Shown: positions 12,968 to 26,066, counted from the first letter of the stretch. The stretch: 64,000 bases of DNA from Octopus vulgaris (GCA_951406725.2 OX597821.1:117676001-117740000); one strand, 5' to 3'. Notes: generated by a model from the letters alone, not told the origin. Made by a program: numbers and translations.

Positions 12968-13375
12968 AGTATATATTCTTGTCATTCAGTCATTGCAAAT
13001 ATTTTGCAGGTGGGTGAAAGTTTGTTAACATTACTTTGATTTTTCTGTGAGTATTTTCCACTTGGATGTTTAAAAATCTTTATTAAAGGTGCAGCATGGC
13101 TATGTGGTAAGAAGCTTGCTTCCTAATCGCATGGTTCCAGGTTCAGTCCCACTGCATGACACCTTGGGTAAGTGTCTTCTATTATAGCCTCAGGCCAGCC
13201 AAAGCCTTGTAAGTGGATTTGGCAGATGGAAACTGAACGAAGCCCATCATATATATCTGTATGTGTGCGTGTGCACTTGTATATCCGTGTTTGTCCCACG
13301 ATGTTGGTGTGCTTATGTTCCCATAGCTTGGCTGTTCAGCAAAAGAGACTAATAGTATAAGTATTCAGCTTACAT

Positions 13376-13790
13376 GGTGGTGAGCTGGCAGAATTGTTAG
13401 CACGCCGGGCGAAATGCGTAACCGTATTTTGTCTCCTGTTACGTTCTGAGTTCAAATTCCGCCAGGATTGACTTTGCCTTTCATCCTTTCGGGGTCGATA
13501 AATTAAGTATCAGTTACACACTGGGGTCGATATAATCGACTTAATCCGTTTGTCTGTCCTTGTTTTTCCTCTCTGTGTTTAGCCCCTTGTGGGTAGTAAA
13601 GAAATAGGTATTCCATCTGCCGCTACGCTCTGAGTTCAAATTCCGCCGAGGTCGACTTTGCCTTTCATCCTTTCAGGGTAGATAAATTAAGTACCAGTTA
13701 TGCACTGAGGTCGATGTAATCAACTTAATCCCTTTGTCTGTACTTGTTTGTCCCCTCCATGAGTAGCCCCTTGTGGGTAGTAAAGAAATA
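13376..13790 (+). mobile_element. SINE family B (Deu/Nin-domain-like), partial tandem dimer nested within a family A SINE
   Basis: GGCGAGCTGGCAGAA-type tRNA-like head and core GACTTTGCCTTTCATCCTTTCGGGGTCGATAAATTAAGTACCAG; same dimer layout at 58290-58702; many more copies (e.g. 21735-21935, 32440-33210, 42486-42700, 45735-46215, 55806-56008, 62528-63808). Confidence 0.8.
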
Positions 13791-15552
13791 GGTATTCAGC
13801 TTACAAAGGATAAGTCCTGAGTTTGACTTGTTCGACTAAAGGCAGTACTCCAGCATGGCCACAGTCATATGACTGAAACAAAAAGAGGAAAGGTAATATC
13901 ACAGATTCACAGTATCGACCAGGCCATCAGATGCAGTTATGCAACGCTGGCCACAATGCACTTCCAGTTATGTCTAGAATGCACCATTCTTTTCCATCTA
14001 GACTCAAATTGGTTAACTAAACCATCTTCCCATCATCATGGAGGCCTTCCAAGAGGCCTTTTCTGATCTCTTGGCTACCACTCAGCACCTGTTGTCTGTA
14101 AACCTTGCAACATGTTTGGCCCAGGAGAACCTGGCTTTTGGTACTCTGCCATCACATGCTCTATTCTCAAATTTTCTCATTTCGAATTTACTCTCCAAAT
14201 AATATTACTAGCATGGATTTTTCCATGGTCCATTGCATCATAGCCAATTAATGTTCTGTCCTCTTCGTAGAGGTCCATTAAATAATCCAAGACACATATC
14301 ACAAAAGCACCCATTACATTCTTGGAGTGGTTGGCATTAGGAAGGGTATCTAGCTGTATAAACCATACCAAATCAGACTGGAGTCTGGTGCAGCCTTCTA
14401 ACATGCCAGCCCTAGTCGAACCATCCAGCTCATGTCAGCATGGACAATGGATGATGATGATGATGATGTGTGATGAATTGCCACATAATTTCCATCTGCC
14501 AAAATCATTCCCAAAGCAATGGTTGGTCTGAGACTATTGTAGACAACACTTGCTCAAAGTGATGCATGGTAAAATTAAACATAAAGTGAGATGCTTGCTA
14601 AGCACACTCTTTAAACAATATCATGCCTGCACCTACACATTTAAAATACATATTTCTGAATTTACACACAGATATAATTTTCTTGCACAGAAATCATTGG
14701 ATTGAATCATACCAAAATCTCTAAAAAAGGTGTTCCAGTTGATCTGATTAATGGAATAGCCTGCTTTTGAAATTAATGTGCAAGTGGCTGAGTACTCCAC
14801 AGACAGGTGTTCTCTTAACATAGTTCTCGGAGTGTTTCAGTGTGACACAGACCACGACAGACCTGGCCCTTTGAATTGCAGGTGCTACTCATTTTTGCCA
14901 GCTGAGTGGACTGGAGTGAAATAAAGTGTCTTGGTCAACACAAAACATGCTGCCTGGAATTGAACTCACAACATTCCTGTCATGAGCCAAACACCCCAAC
15001 CATTAGGTTACATGCTTTCACTAGGATCATTTAACTAGAGTAAAGGCAATAAATTATCATCATCATCATCATCATTTAATGTCCCCTTTCTATGCTGGCA
15101 TGGATTGGATGGTTTGACTGAGGGCTGGCAAGCCAGAAGGCTGCACCAGGCTCCAATCTGATCTGGCAATGTTTCCACAGCTGGATGCCCTTCCTAACGC
15201 CAACCACTCCGAGAGTGTAGTGGGTGTTTTTTTTACGTGTCACCAGCACAAGGGCCAGTCAGGTGGAACTGGCATCGACCACGCTTGAATGGTGCCTTTT
15301 ACATGCCACCAGCACGGGTGCCAATCAGGCGGTACTGTCATTGGCCATAACGACTTCACTTGTCTCAACAGGTCTGTGCAAGTGCAGTTTATTGCCGAAT
15401 AATTGAAGGGTACTCTTAAATGGGCTGGTTATGCTGCACTGGCATAGGCCAGGGTTACGGTCTCACTTGGCTTGCTGGGTCTTCTCAAGCACAGCATATC
15501 TCCATAGGTCTCGGTCACTTGTCATCACCTCGATGAAGGTCATGCTTCACCA

Positions 15553-15782
15553 GGCGGCGAGCTGGCAGGAATGTTAGCTCGCTGGGCGAAATGCGTAGCT
15601 GTATTTCGTCTGTCGTTACGCTCTGAGTTCAAATTCCACCGAGGTCGACTTTGCCTTTCATCCTTTCGGGGTCGATAAATTAAGTACCAATTACGCTCTG
15701 GGGTCGATGTAATCGACTTAATCCCTTTGTCTGTACTTATTTGTCCTCTCTGTGTTTAGCCCCTTGTGGGTAGTAAAGAAAT
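15553..15782 (+). mobile_element. Full-length SINE family B with 16-bp target-site duplication
   Basis: AGGTCATGCTTCACCA at 15537-15552 and 15783-15798 flanks the element, which interrupts an RTE-type fragment. Confidence 0.88.
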
Positions 15783-15902
15783 AGGTCATGCTTCACCATC
15801 TCATCCCAGGTCTTCTTGGGTCTACTTCTTCCACAGGTTCCCTCTACCGGATGTAAACGAATGATTAAAGAATCAGAGAATTAATAAATGTATTTAACTC
15901 AC

Positions 15903-16193
15903 GTGATGTACAATTAACTTCATCAGAATTATCAAAACAATCATCCTGCAGGTTACAGACTCTGTAATGGCTGATACAGCGTTTGTTTTTGCATTGAAAT
16001 CTGGAAGGCGGGCATTCTTTTGGTGGTTCAAATTCTGTATGATTAATGCATGTTCTGAGATCAGTGTCCAACTTCATACCATACGGACAACCACAATGGC
16101 GACCCAGTTCCCCATGGAGAATGTCTTGTGTCATAGGCACAGCGAAACAAAAATGAGTACAATCACCATTTCTTTGAATGCATGGATTTGAGG
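15903..16193 (-). CDS. LRP2: LRP2-like exon: EGF repeat plus first LDLa of cluster II
   Basis: tag| SNPCIQRNGDCTHFCFAVP...CGCPYGMKLDTDLRTC...ECPPSRFQCKNKRC...CFDNSDEVNCTS |gtgagt; 291 nt, phase 1-1. Confidence 0.95.
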
Positions 16194-16931
16194 CTAGGAA
16201 GAAAATGGAAAATGAAAAAGAAATGTTAAGAAAAAAATAATACAAAAGAACAGGATATGATATAAATAATAAATATATTTGAAGCACAAAAGATGCACTT
16301 TTTTTTTAAAGAATTGTCACAAAAATTCATCCTGGGTCCTGTATGTTAAGTTGGGCTTTCGATAAGCTTTACTGTACTAAAATCATTTTGCTTGAACATG
16401 CGTTACTGAACTGGGGCATGTAATATACGCATGTGCCTTTTATGCCATCAAATATGGTGGGGTTTTAGAGGGTGGAACACAGGGTATCTGAATGAAGAAA
16501 TGCCCACCTGAAAGGAGATACCCTGAAGTATTATCGTTCAACTGTCTACACTCAGCAATGTGTGTAATTATAGAAAAGCCTAACGAGAATTTATTTAATC
16601 TAGACTTAAGGCTATTTCAATAAACGTTTCCATTGAAGGAAACATTCTATTCTTTTTTTCTTTTACTTCTTTCAGTCATTTGACTGGGGCCATGCTGGAG
16701 CACTGCCTTTTCGCCAAAGAAATCAAGCTTATTCTTTGTAAACTTGGTACTTATTCTATCAGTCATTTCTACTGAACCACTAAGTTATGGGGACGTAAAC
16801 ACACCAACATCAGTTGTCAGGTGATGGTGGGGTGACAAATACAGACACAAAGACACACATACATACCTACCTAAATACATATATATATATATATCTATAT
16901 ATATGTGTATATATATATATATATGTTTATA

Positions 16932-17027
<96 letters not shown>

Positions 17028-18116
17028 CGACAGGCTTCTTTCAGTTTCTGTCTATGAAATCCACTTACAAAGCTTTGGTCAGCCCAAGGCTATGGTAGAC
17101 AACACTTATCCCAGGTACCACAGAATGGGACTGAACCTGGAACCACATGGTTGGGAAGCAAGCTTCTTACCACACAACCACTCCTGTGCCTCTTTTACTC
17201 TTTTACTCATTTCAGTCATTTGACTGCGGCCATGCTGGAGCACCGCCTTTAGTCTCGCAAATCAACCCCAGGACTTATTCTTTGTAAGCCTAGTACTTAT
17301 TCTATTGGACTCTTTTGCCGAACCGCTAAGTTACAAGGACGTAACACACCAGCATCGGTTGTCAAGCGATGTTGGGGAGGTCAAACACACACACACACAC
17401 ACATATATATATTCACACACACACATATATACGACGGGCTTCTTTCAGTTTTCTTCTACCAAATCCACTCACAAGGCTTTGGTCGGCCCAAGGCTATAGT
17501 AAAAGACACTTGCCCAAGGTGCCACGCAGTGGGACTGAACCCGGAACCATGTGGTTGGTAAGCAAGCTACTTACCACACGCCCGCACCTGTGCCTGTTTA
17601 ACTTATTTACATAAAACAGTAACAGTTAATTAGTCTAATGAGTCATGATGCTCTTAGAAATTCACAGTCTGTTGTTTCTCATATTAACCAATATTATTCA
17701 GTTTCGCCCTATAGGAAGAGAATATAGCTTGGTCCCTAATCATCCTCCTTCCCATTATCATTTCCCCTCCCCACTTCATCATCATCATCATTGTCGTCAC
17801 CATTTAACATCCATTTGCCCATGCTGATATGGATTGGATAGTGTCTACTTTGGCAAGGCTTCTACCTCTGAATTCCCTTCCTGACCACTGGTCACTTCAG
17901 TGAGTGTATTGAATGCTTTTTATGTTGCTCCGTCACTGGTGAAGTGTCCGAGTACTTGGGAGATAAGACTCCCTCAAATGAGTAGAGTGCAGTGTTGAAG
18001 GTTATGGAAGTATGACAGACAGACAGGAGTGAGTGTCTTGTTGAAGAGGTAAATACTTAGCTTTTCTGTTGGGAACAATAAGAGACAGAGAGGCAGGGAG
18101 AGAGAGGGGAAAGAGA

Positions 18117-18157
<41 letters not shown>

Positions 18158-18205
18158 TAGGTGCTAGAGAGAAAAGAGTGTAACAGATGATATCTTTTCA
18201 CCTAC

Positions 18206-18343
18206 CTTCAATTTTCTGAAGATCCTTGTCATATATTTTCAAATCCATAGTGTACATCTTGTATGTCGCCAATGTTTCCAATGGAGAATCTCCTGTTTTC
18301 TTTGTACGTATCAGCACAAAATAGCTCAAAAGATACAAATCAT
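18206..18343 (-). CDS. LRP2: LRP2-like exon: end of second beta-propeller
   Basis: cag| DLYLLSYFVLIRTKKTGDSPLETLATYKMYTMDLKIYDKDLQKIE |gtaggt; 138 nt, phase 1-1, bridges the neighbouring exons. Confidence 0.85.
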
Positions 18344-18369
18344 CTGTGAAAAGATATGGAAATTTAAAA

Positions 18370-19358
18370 TAAAATAATAATAATGAAATTATTGTATACA
18401 GCGCTCAGGTGCACCACAGCTTGTCAAAAGTGCGCATAAAGTATATGCAGTAATGTACAAATGTCTGGAAAGCGAACAGTGTATGAGTCAGATACATGCC
18501 TGCGTGTGTATGGAGGAGAGAAAATCAGGTGTAGTGTTGGCGAATCTCAGGAAGCATGGAAATTTTGAAGGATGCAGTGCTCCGACAACTAACAACTGAT
18601 GCTGGCAGTTTGTTCCATGCTTCAGCAACTCTTAGCAGGAAAAAACGTTTCCTAAAGTCATGGGAGCTGTGCTGCTTTCTGACTTTGTAAACATGTCCAT
18701 GGGTGTTAGACAGGTGGAGTTTGAAAAGGTGCTCAGAGTTATTGTTTGCAAGATGGTTGATAATTTTATGGGTGTCTGCCAAGTCAGCTGCCAGATGTCG
18801 GAGTTTCAATGTATCCATGCTCAGGCAAGTAAGGCGTTCAGAATATGGCAAACGCCTGATGGAGGGTATTCTCTTGGTTGCACATCGCTGAACGGTTTCC
18901 AGACGATTAATATCCTGGGCAAGATAGGGGTTCCAGACCGGTGAGGCAAATTCCAGGTGAAGCCACACCATAGCTATATAAAGCCTCAGACAGATAGTCA
19001 GAGAGCGGCTCACAAAAGACTTGGTGAGTGATGCCAAGACCCCCTTCAGCCTTCTTGGCAATTTTAGCAATGTGTTTTGTCCAACGCAAATCGCTGTCAA
19101 CAATAATGCCAAGGTCGTGTTCACAAGAAGACTTTTTGAGATTAGTGTTGTAGAGGGAGTAAGTAGATGCTGGGTTCTTCCTCCCAAAATGCATGGTGGT
19201 ACATTTGTCCACGGCCAGCTCGAGTTGCCAGTCCATGATCCACTGCTGCATTGTGTCCAGGTCTGATTGCAATAAAGATCTATAGTGTACAGGATCTGTC
19301 CTCTTTATTTCGAGGTACAGCTTGATGTCATCTGCATATTTCAGTACTGTGACATTGT
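18370..19358 (-). mobile_element. CR1-clade LINE, 5'-truncated (RT YADD region to 3' tail)
   Basis: VLKYADDIKLY, LQSDLD, DLGIIVDSDLRW, HLEFASPVWNPY; frameshifted; same family as 10545-11130. Confidence 0.9.
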
Positions 19359-19500
19359 TTAAGTTTTTTAAAAATATTTCTATAGTTTTCAAATGCAGGG
19401 GGCATTTTCCGTTTTTCTGTCTGTCTCTGTCTCTCTTTTTTACTCATGTGAGTTCTAGGTAGTTGGCAGCAGCTAGTTTGATGTGTGTGTGTGTGTGCAT

Positions 19501-19557
<57 letters not shown>

Positions 19558-19630
19558 TACATATCAGGTGATTACAACCTCTCTCGATAAAACATGTTAT
19601 GTTAAAGGTAACAAACAGTGCAATACTGAC

Positions 19631-19716
19631 CTCCATAAACAAAAATCCTTACAGGGGTCCTAAGTGTTATGCCAAGAGTTTGAACATTATTTCCATCTAG
19701 ATCTGACCGCTGGATC
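19631..19716 (-). CDS. LRP2: LRP2-like exon: second beta-propeller
   Basis: tag| IQRSDLDGNNVQTLGITLRTPVRIFVYG |gtcagt; 86 nt, phase 2-1. Confidence 0.88.
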
Positions 19717-19798
19717 CTATGAAAATGAAAGCATAAACTTGTAAATATATCAACATCTACACTCATAAGTATATTCATATAAGAAGCAGTGAACTTAA

Positions 19799-20324
19799 CC
19801 CCTTGACAATGGTTGACGCAAATATGCGATCATACTTTTGCTTACCTACCCACGGTAAACGTAAATATACGATGTAGAGCTGCCCTACATCTATCCCGGA
19901 CTTTTTAGCGGCTAACGTATGTTTACGTTCGCTATCTTGTACTTTATCTCTTGCGGTCCGCGCACTCGCCGTCCCGTGCATTATCTTAGCTATTTTAGGT
20001 TACGTTCAAGTCAAGAGACTAGCAGTAGACCAATGACATGTAGATACTTTACATGCATAATACCATGTTTTGAGTTGTACCACACGCAAGCTATTTTCTG
20101 AACTTGAGCAGAATAACTCGTGCATATCATATTATGATAAATAGCTTCACATAGTTCGTTTTCATAAACCGGTAGACGTAAACGCACGACACTATGTTAT
20201 TGTAACAGTGAACGTAAATAGAGGCGAGCTCGTTGGCACTTGTGTGTTTGCGTGGCCTCATTGGATAAAAAAAAAAAACTGGAGCAGTGTCTCACATGCT
20301 TCGGGTAATACCGGCGTCAAGGGG
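19799..20324. mobile_element. piggyBac-type non-autonomous element
   Basis: TTAA|CCCCTTGAC ... GTCAAGGGG|TTAA: TTAA TSD and CCC termini, 526 bp, no transposase. Confidence 0.85.
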
Positions 20325-20499
20325 TTAAGAAGAAGCCTAGTGTAAAAGCTGACACAGGTCTTCTTAGCCAGGAACTGTTAATACTCTGATAATATGACAC
20401 TATAAATGAACAAATTTCTTAACTACACAGCTGCGCCTGTGCCTAGTCCCTACAGGAAAATTATAAAAGAAAATGTTTTCGAAACAAAAATACCATTAC

Positions 20500-20670
20500 C
20501 TTTTAAGGGAAAAATCAGACCAATATAAATGGTCAGCTTTGAAGTCGATTGTAAGACTGGCTGGGTACCCTAGCTCATGTCGGCGTATATGCTTCACATT
20601 GCTACCATCAGCAAAAGCTCTTCCAATATAAGCTAGCTTCGTGTAAAATCGGCTTGCAAAGAAAATCAAA
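20500..20670 (-). CDS. LRP2: LRP2-like exon: second beta-propeller
   Basis: tttttcag| LIFFASRFYTKLAYIGRAFADGSNVKHIRRHELGYPASLTIDFKADHLYWSDFSLK |gtaatg; 171 nt, phase 2-2. Confidence 0.92.
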
Positions 20671-21277
20671 CTGAAAAATATGAAAAACAGCAATGTAATA
20701 AACAATCAATCCAATCAATCTATCTGTCTGCCTGTCTGCCTGCCTGTCTATCTCCATACATCATTTATCTTTTGTCTTTTATTGTGTGTGTAGTGTATGT
20801 ATATATTGTTTGTCTCCTCAAAACTGCTTAACAATTGGTGTTGATTTGTTTATGTCCCTGCCACTTAGAAGTCCAGCAAAAGAGACTAACAGATTAACCC
20901 GGCGTTGCTTGGGTTTGCTTTGACTCTTTAGAATTAGAATTTTTGAAAAGTAAAAATTTTGCATTATGTATTCTCTTTAAGTGAACATTTTTCTGGTTGT
21001 AATACACCGAAAAACGGCGACACAGCAGTAAAAAAATCGTAAAAAATAGGGATTTTCACAGAAAAAAAGCACCTTTTTGATGTAAATAACTTTTGGTGTT
21101 AACATGGTCCGATTTGAATTTTTTCTTCTACGGAAGGAAGAGCAAGCCTTCTATCATACTTTCAATTTTGGTCAACTTGCGCCGCAGGGTCTCGGAGGAG
21201 ATAGTGTTAGTTGAAGGCTACCAAACCTGCCATACACAGACAACTTCAGCTTTATATATATAAAGATTTATACTTAC

Positions 21278-21458
21278 CCTTTGTAAGGATGGCAAACAAT
21301 TGATGTTACGGATGTTTCGTTGCTAATGATTACTCGCTTGTCCTCTACATTATCAATACGTACAACTGTAATCCCGAGACGATTAGCCATATATAAATTG
21401 CGAAGCATCCAGTCCACTGAAATATCACTTACATACTCGTGAAACACTATCTTCAACT
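21278..21458 (-). CDS. LRP2: LRP2-like exon: second beta-propeller
   Basis: tag| LKIVFHEYVSDISVDWMLRNLYMAN...SIVCHPYKG |gtaagt; 181 nt, phase 1-2. Confidence 0.92.
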
Positions 21459-22439
21459 CTAAAATAAAGGAAATTCAGAATAGCATTTTAAAAAGACTTG
21501 TAACAGATATTGTTGTATTTAGAAATGGTCATGTTGCCAGTTTAGCCAATAAAAACACGCACTAAATACAACAATATCTGTTTCAGCACACGATTTCACA
21601 TCAAGAATCTTGCAAAACAAATATATAAACGTAACTTGAATAGATGTTTACATTCAATATGATATTGTTGTTAAAAGGGGCAGAACAAAGTCCATAGATT
21701 CTCCAAAGTTATTGTAATATCGTTTCTACTCTAAGCACAAGGCCCAAAATTTTGAGGGAAGGGGCCTGTCGATTAGATCTACCCCAGTATGCAACTGGTA
21801 CTTAATTCATCGACACCGAAAGGAGGAAAGGTAAAGTCAATCCCGGCAGATTTTGAACTCAGAATGTAAAGACAGACGAAATACCGCTAAGCATTTTGCC
21901 CCGTGTGCTAACATTTCTGCCAGCACACCACCTTAAAGCTATTGTAATATATCACCATCATCATTTCACAATTCAGTGTGCAAGAGAGGAGACTCTACAG
22001 GTTCAGTCATGGGATGCGGATGGATGCTGACAGCTCCATAAAGAAGTGCCATTCACTCAAAGTAGATGGAACTCATAGAAGTGGGAGATCCAAGAAGACA
22101 TGGGACCAAAGTACTAAATGATGACCTCAGAACACTGAATCTTTTGGATGAGATGACAATGGACTGAGATACCTGTCACTTTGCTATAATCAAGAAGATC
22201 TGTTCTCCACAGCAGAAATGTTAAGGCTACACTGTCTGGTGAAGGGGATTAGCCTGTTTTTCTGAGGTCTGGAGAGCCAGCTGCTGCATCAGGCTGTAAT
22301 CTGATCTGACGAGGTTTCTACAGCTGGATGCCCTTCCCAATGCCAACCACTCCAAGAATGTAGTGGGTGCTTTGTACATGTCACCAGCACAAGAACCAGT
22401 CTGGTGGGCCTGGCATTGATTTTGATTTACTTGACTCAA

Positions 22440-22910
22440 TAAGTCTCCTCAAGCACAGCATGTTGCCTGATGATTCAAAGATACTTTTTAAAGGGACTAG
22501 TTATGTGACACTGGTATAGGCTATGGCTGTGATCCCACTTTACTTGTTGGGTGTTCTCAATCACAGCATATCTCCAGATGTCTTGGTCTCTTGTCATTGC
22601 CTCTGTGATGCCTAACATTCGAAGGTCATGCTTCACCACCTCATCCCATGTCTTCCTGGGTCTCCCTCTTCTATGGGTTCCTTCCACTGTTAAGGAGTGA
22701 CACTTCTTCACGCAGCTCTTCTCATCCATACACAGCACATGACCATACCAGTGCAGTCATCTCTCTTGCACACCACTTCTGATGCTTTTTATGTCCAGCA
22801 TTTCTCTCAGGATGCTTATACTCTCTTGTGTGTGCACACTGAATTACACATCCAGCAGTTCATACCAGCTTCATTTCTTTCAAGCCTACGTATGTCCTCA
22901 ACAGTCATGG
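22440..22910 (-). mobile_element. RTE-type LINE 3' fragment
   Basis: VEGTHRRGRPRKTWDEVVKHDLRMLGITEAMTRDQDIWR is a typical RTE ORF C-terminus; related tails are scattered through the introns. Confidence 0.75.
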
Positions 22911-23526
22911 CCCATCAACAGTCAGAATAAATGTAAAAGTATTTTTGATTACATCATTTGATATGAAATGAATTAAAAGGCTTGATACCTAAAAGTCTAT
23001 TCAGCAACAACTATATAATAAAAATAATAGGGGAACAAGGCAAATGCTCAAAAACAAGGGCTTTGATTAAACCAAAAATTAGAGCCTATTCTGGTCATAC
23101 TAATGCTATGTTTAGATTCAGCATCACAAACTTACCCCAAAATCACTCAAATAACCTTGATGAAAAAATAGTGTTGACCAGTGCTACCATTTGAATCAAT
23201 GCTAATGTTTTTGTTAGCATTTACTGGCAGAGAGCTGACAGAATCATTAGGGAGTTGGACCAAATACTTAGTGGTGCTCCACATGTCCTTTAAGTTGTGA
23301 GTTCGAAAAAGGCAGTGAGCTGGCAGGAGTGTTAGCATATTGGTCAATATGCTTAGCAGCATTTCATCTGTCTTCATGCTCTGAGTTCAGTCTTGCCAAG
23401 GTTCACTTTTCCTTTCATCCTTTTGGTGTCGATAAAGTAAGTACCAGTTGTACACTGGGGTCAATGTAATTAAATCACCTCTTCCCTGAAATTGTTGGCC
23501 TTGAGCCAAAATTTGAAATCCTAATC

Positions 23527-23690
23527 AGCATTCACTTTATGAAGACCAGATTTGGCTTACCTGAAATATTCAAAACGATAATTAGCATTTACTTTATGAA
23601 GGCTAGATTTGGCTTACCTGAAATATTCAAAACGATAATTAGCATTCACTTTATGAAGGATAGATTTGGCTTACCTGAAGTATTCAAATT
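23527..23690. repeat. 57-bp tandem triplication spanning an exon 5' splice site
   Basis: Units start at 23527, 23584 and 23641; each contains TTTGGCTTACCTGAA (minus strand TTCAG|GTAAGC). Confidence 0.9.
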
Positions 23691-23893
23691 GAATTTGAGC
23701 ACTGTGCGACTGTAAGCGTCAGAAAAATAGATAGTCTGGTCAGATGAGGTGTAGTCCAAAGATTTAATATGAGAGTACCTTAAAAAAGTGTTTGTGACTG
23801 GTAGAATAGCATTTGCAGTGGAAGAAAACTTTCTATCCAGTGGTACACCTTCAATAGTGTTTCTTTTGGAAACTAAAATAAATTTAGTGACCC
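23675..23893 (-). CDS. LRP2: LRP2-like exon: start of second beta-propeller
   Basis: tag| VTKFILVSKRNTIEGVPLD...SLDYTSSDQTIYFSDAYSRTVLKFNLNTS |gtaagc; 219 nt, phase 1-1. Confidence 0.92.
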
Positions 23894-25091
23894 CTAAATC
23901 AAAAACAAAAAATAGGAAAAAAAAAATATCAGTTGCAAATGTTTCTGTCATCTTTATTATTTTTTGTATTTTTAAACATCTGCTTTTTCATATTTACATG
24001 GATTATACAAGAGAATAGAGAAGGTAGAGTTTTTGATGCCTTTCCTGTCACCAACCTTAATAATTTCCCAGTCTATTGAACAGCACAGACACGTTTCAAG
24101 TAGAGAATGGAAAACAAATGACACTGTATAAACGAGCCTTTTGTTCACAAAGATTGCAGAACATGTCAAGACATCCCAAGACGCCTGGGCATGTTTCACA
24201 GTTGGCCGCGAGCAAATGGCACCATTAGCAAAGCTATTGTTTACTATCCGCAGAGGAAATACATGAAGACAAGGGAAATATAAACTCTCTCAGCCCCTCC
24301 CTCACATACATACGTGTATGACAGGCTTCTTTCAGTTTCCATCTACCAATCTATCCAAAAAGCTTTGGTTGGCCTGGAAGCTATAGTAAAAGACACCATG
24401 TGGAACCAAAGGTGTCACACAATGGGACTGAACCAGAAAACATGTGATTGGGAAGTAAGCTTGTTAACACCACACACCGTCATTATATTGTGTCATTAGT
24501 TTTCTTTATGAGATGCTCAGGGTAAGACACCGAGTGATCTCTACTGACCCTATTTCGGTAGGGCTGACGGGTAGAATTTTTGGTTTGCACACACTGAACA
24601 GAAAATGGCAAGTCATTTTATAATATTTAAGGGTCTGGATTAAGACCCTTAAAAGACTTTGGTGCCCCCATATATATGTAATTCGAAATATAAACAATAA
24701 TAAACCATGAAATTATTTTTTTTTATTTTTTCAAAATGGAACAAAACTAACAAAAAGATGGGAAATAATGTTTATTTTTGTAGAACTCCACTTTATTTAT
24801 ATTTGCAAAGTCTTTGATCGGATCCTCAAAGTTAATCTTATAGAACACTTTTGCTCCTATACTTAGAAGAAATAAAGCATCCCAAATATTATTTTAGCAA
24901 GTTTAAAGTGATTTCTTTTGTGCTGTAGACCATTTACCATTTCTGTCGTGCCCCCACCCTCCTTCCCTTGATGCCCTAAGAACATGCTTAATGGTTAATC
25001 CAGCGCTGACACTATATTGCAGCAGGATCCAATCTTCTCACACACAAATATAACACACTGGTTATCATTGACTTAAATGGTTAATACTTAC

Positions 25092-25226
25092 GTGTACAAT
25101 TAAGTTGGTTTGAATCAGGAATGAAACCTATTTCACACAGACAACGGTAACCAAGCCCATCATTGTCAGAGGTATGAGTCACAACACAAATATGTTGACA
25201 TTTAGCCTGCTTGCACGGATTTCTTC
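25092..25226 (-). CDS. LRP2: LRP2-like exon: EGF repeat between propellers
   Basis: tag| RNPCKQAKCQHICVVTHTSDNDGLGYRCLCEIGFIPDSNQLNCT |gtaagt; 135 nt, phase 1-1; the DNDGLG motif is megalin-like; absent from the ORF track. Confidence 0.94.
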
Positions 25227-25857
25227 CTATTTAAATATAAAACTATTGTTCTAAACTCCTGTAGATATTTTGTAATTACAATACAAGAATAATTTTTACA
25301 ATAATTTCAGCATAAATGACACAAACACAAAAACACTGTTAACTTCACTCAAACCATTTATTAGTTGGACCAACTGTGAGCTGGTCATTACTCCTTCAAA
25401 AAGGAGTAATGTGATTCTGTATTCATGTGGTGAAAAATAATCGTTTCTATTAAAAGCAGAAGGCCTGAAATTTTGAGGGACGGGTTAAATTTGCCCCCCA
25501 GAGCGCAACTAGTACTTATCTTATTCACCCTGAATGGATGAAGGGCAAAGTCGACCTCAGTGGAATATGGTCAAAACAATGGCAATTTTATATGACCATG
25601 GCAGTAAAATACTTTATGCTAAATATGATTTTTAGCCTTAAACTGAATTCCATTGATTGAATCGACCTAAAGTTTCTCTTGAATTTATATAATTAAAATA
25701 GATGACTTCTAATACATTGATGTTTGATGTAATAACTGTGAAGGGGCCCAGTCTAGTGGTTAGGATGTTATACTCATAAGGTCAGGGTTTCAATTCTCAG
25801 ATCAGTTGTGTGTTGTGTTCCTGAGCGAAACATATTTGGTAGAAAGATGATACTAAC

Positions 25858-26066
25858 CTTGTGGTTGCAAAGATGAATGGAAAATTTTCAATCTTTCAGG
25901 AATTTCAGAAATATTGCGATATATTTCTGTTAAAGTGGAAATGCTACCATTTTTATTCATCTTCATAATTTTACCCTTATGCAAATCAGCCCAAAAGAGA
26001 TGGCTTTCAAAATGTGTTATTGCCACAGGTGATGGAATATATTTTCCTCCCGCAATGATTTCAAAT
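25858..26066 (-). CDS. LRP2: LRP2-like exon: end of first beta-propeller
   Basis: tag| FEIIAGGKYIPSPVAITHFESHLFWADLHKG...LKIFHSSLQPQ |gttagt; 209 nt, phase 2-1. Confidence 0.93.

Noticed and set aside
15553-15640. tRNA-like A/B boxes at SINE heads
   Set aside because: They continue into SINE bodies and lack a complete cloverleaf, so they are not tRNA genes.
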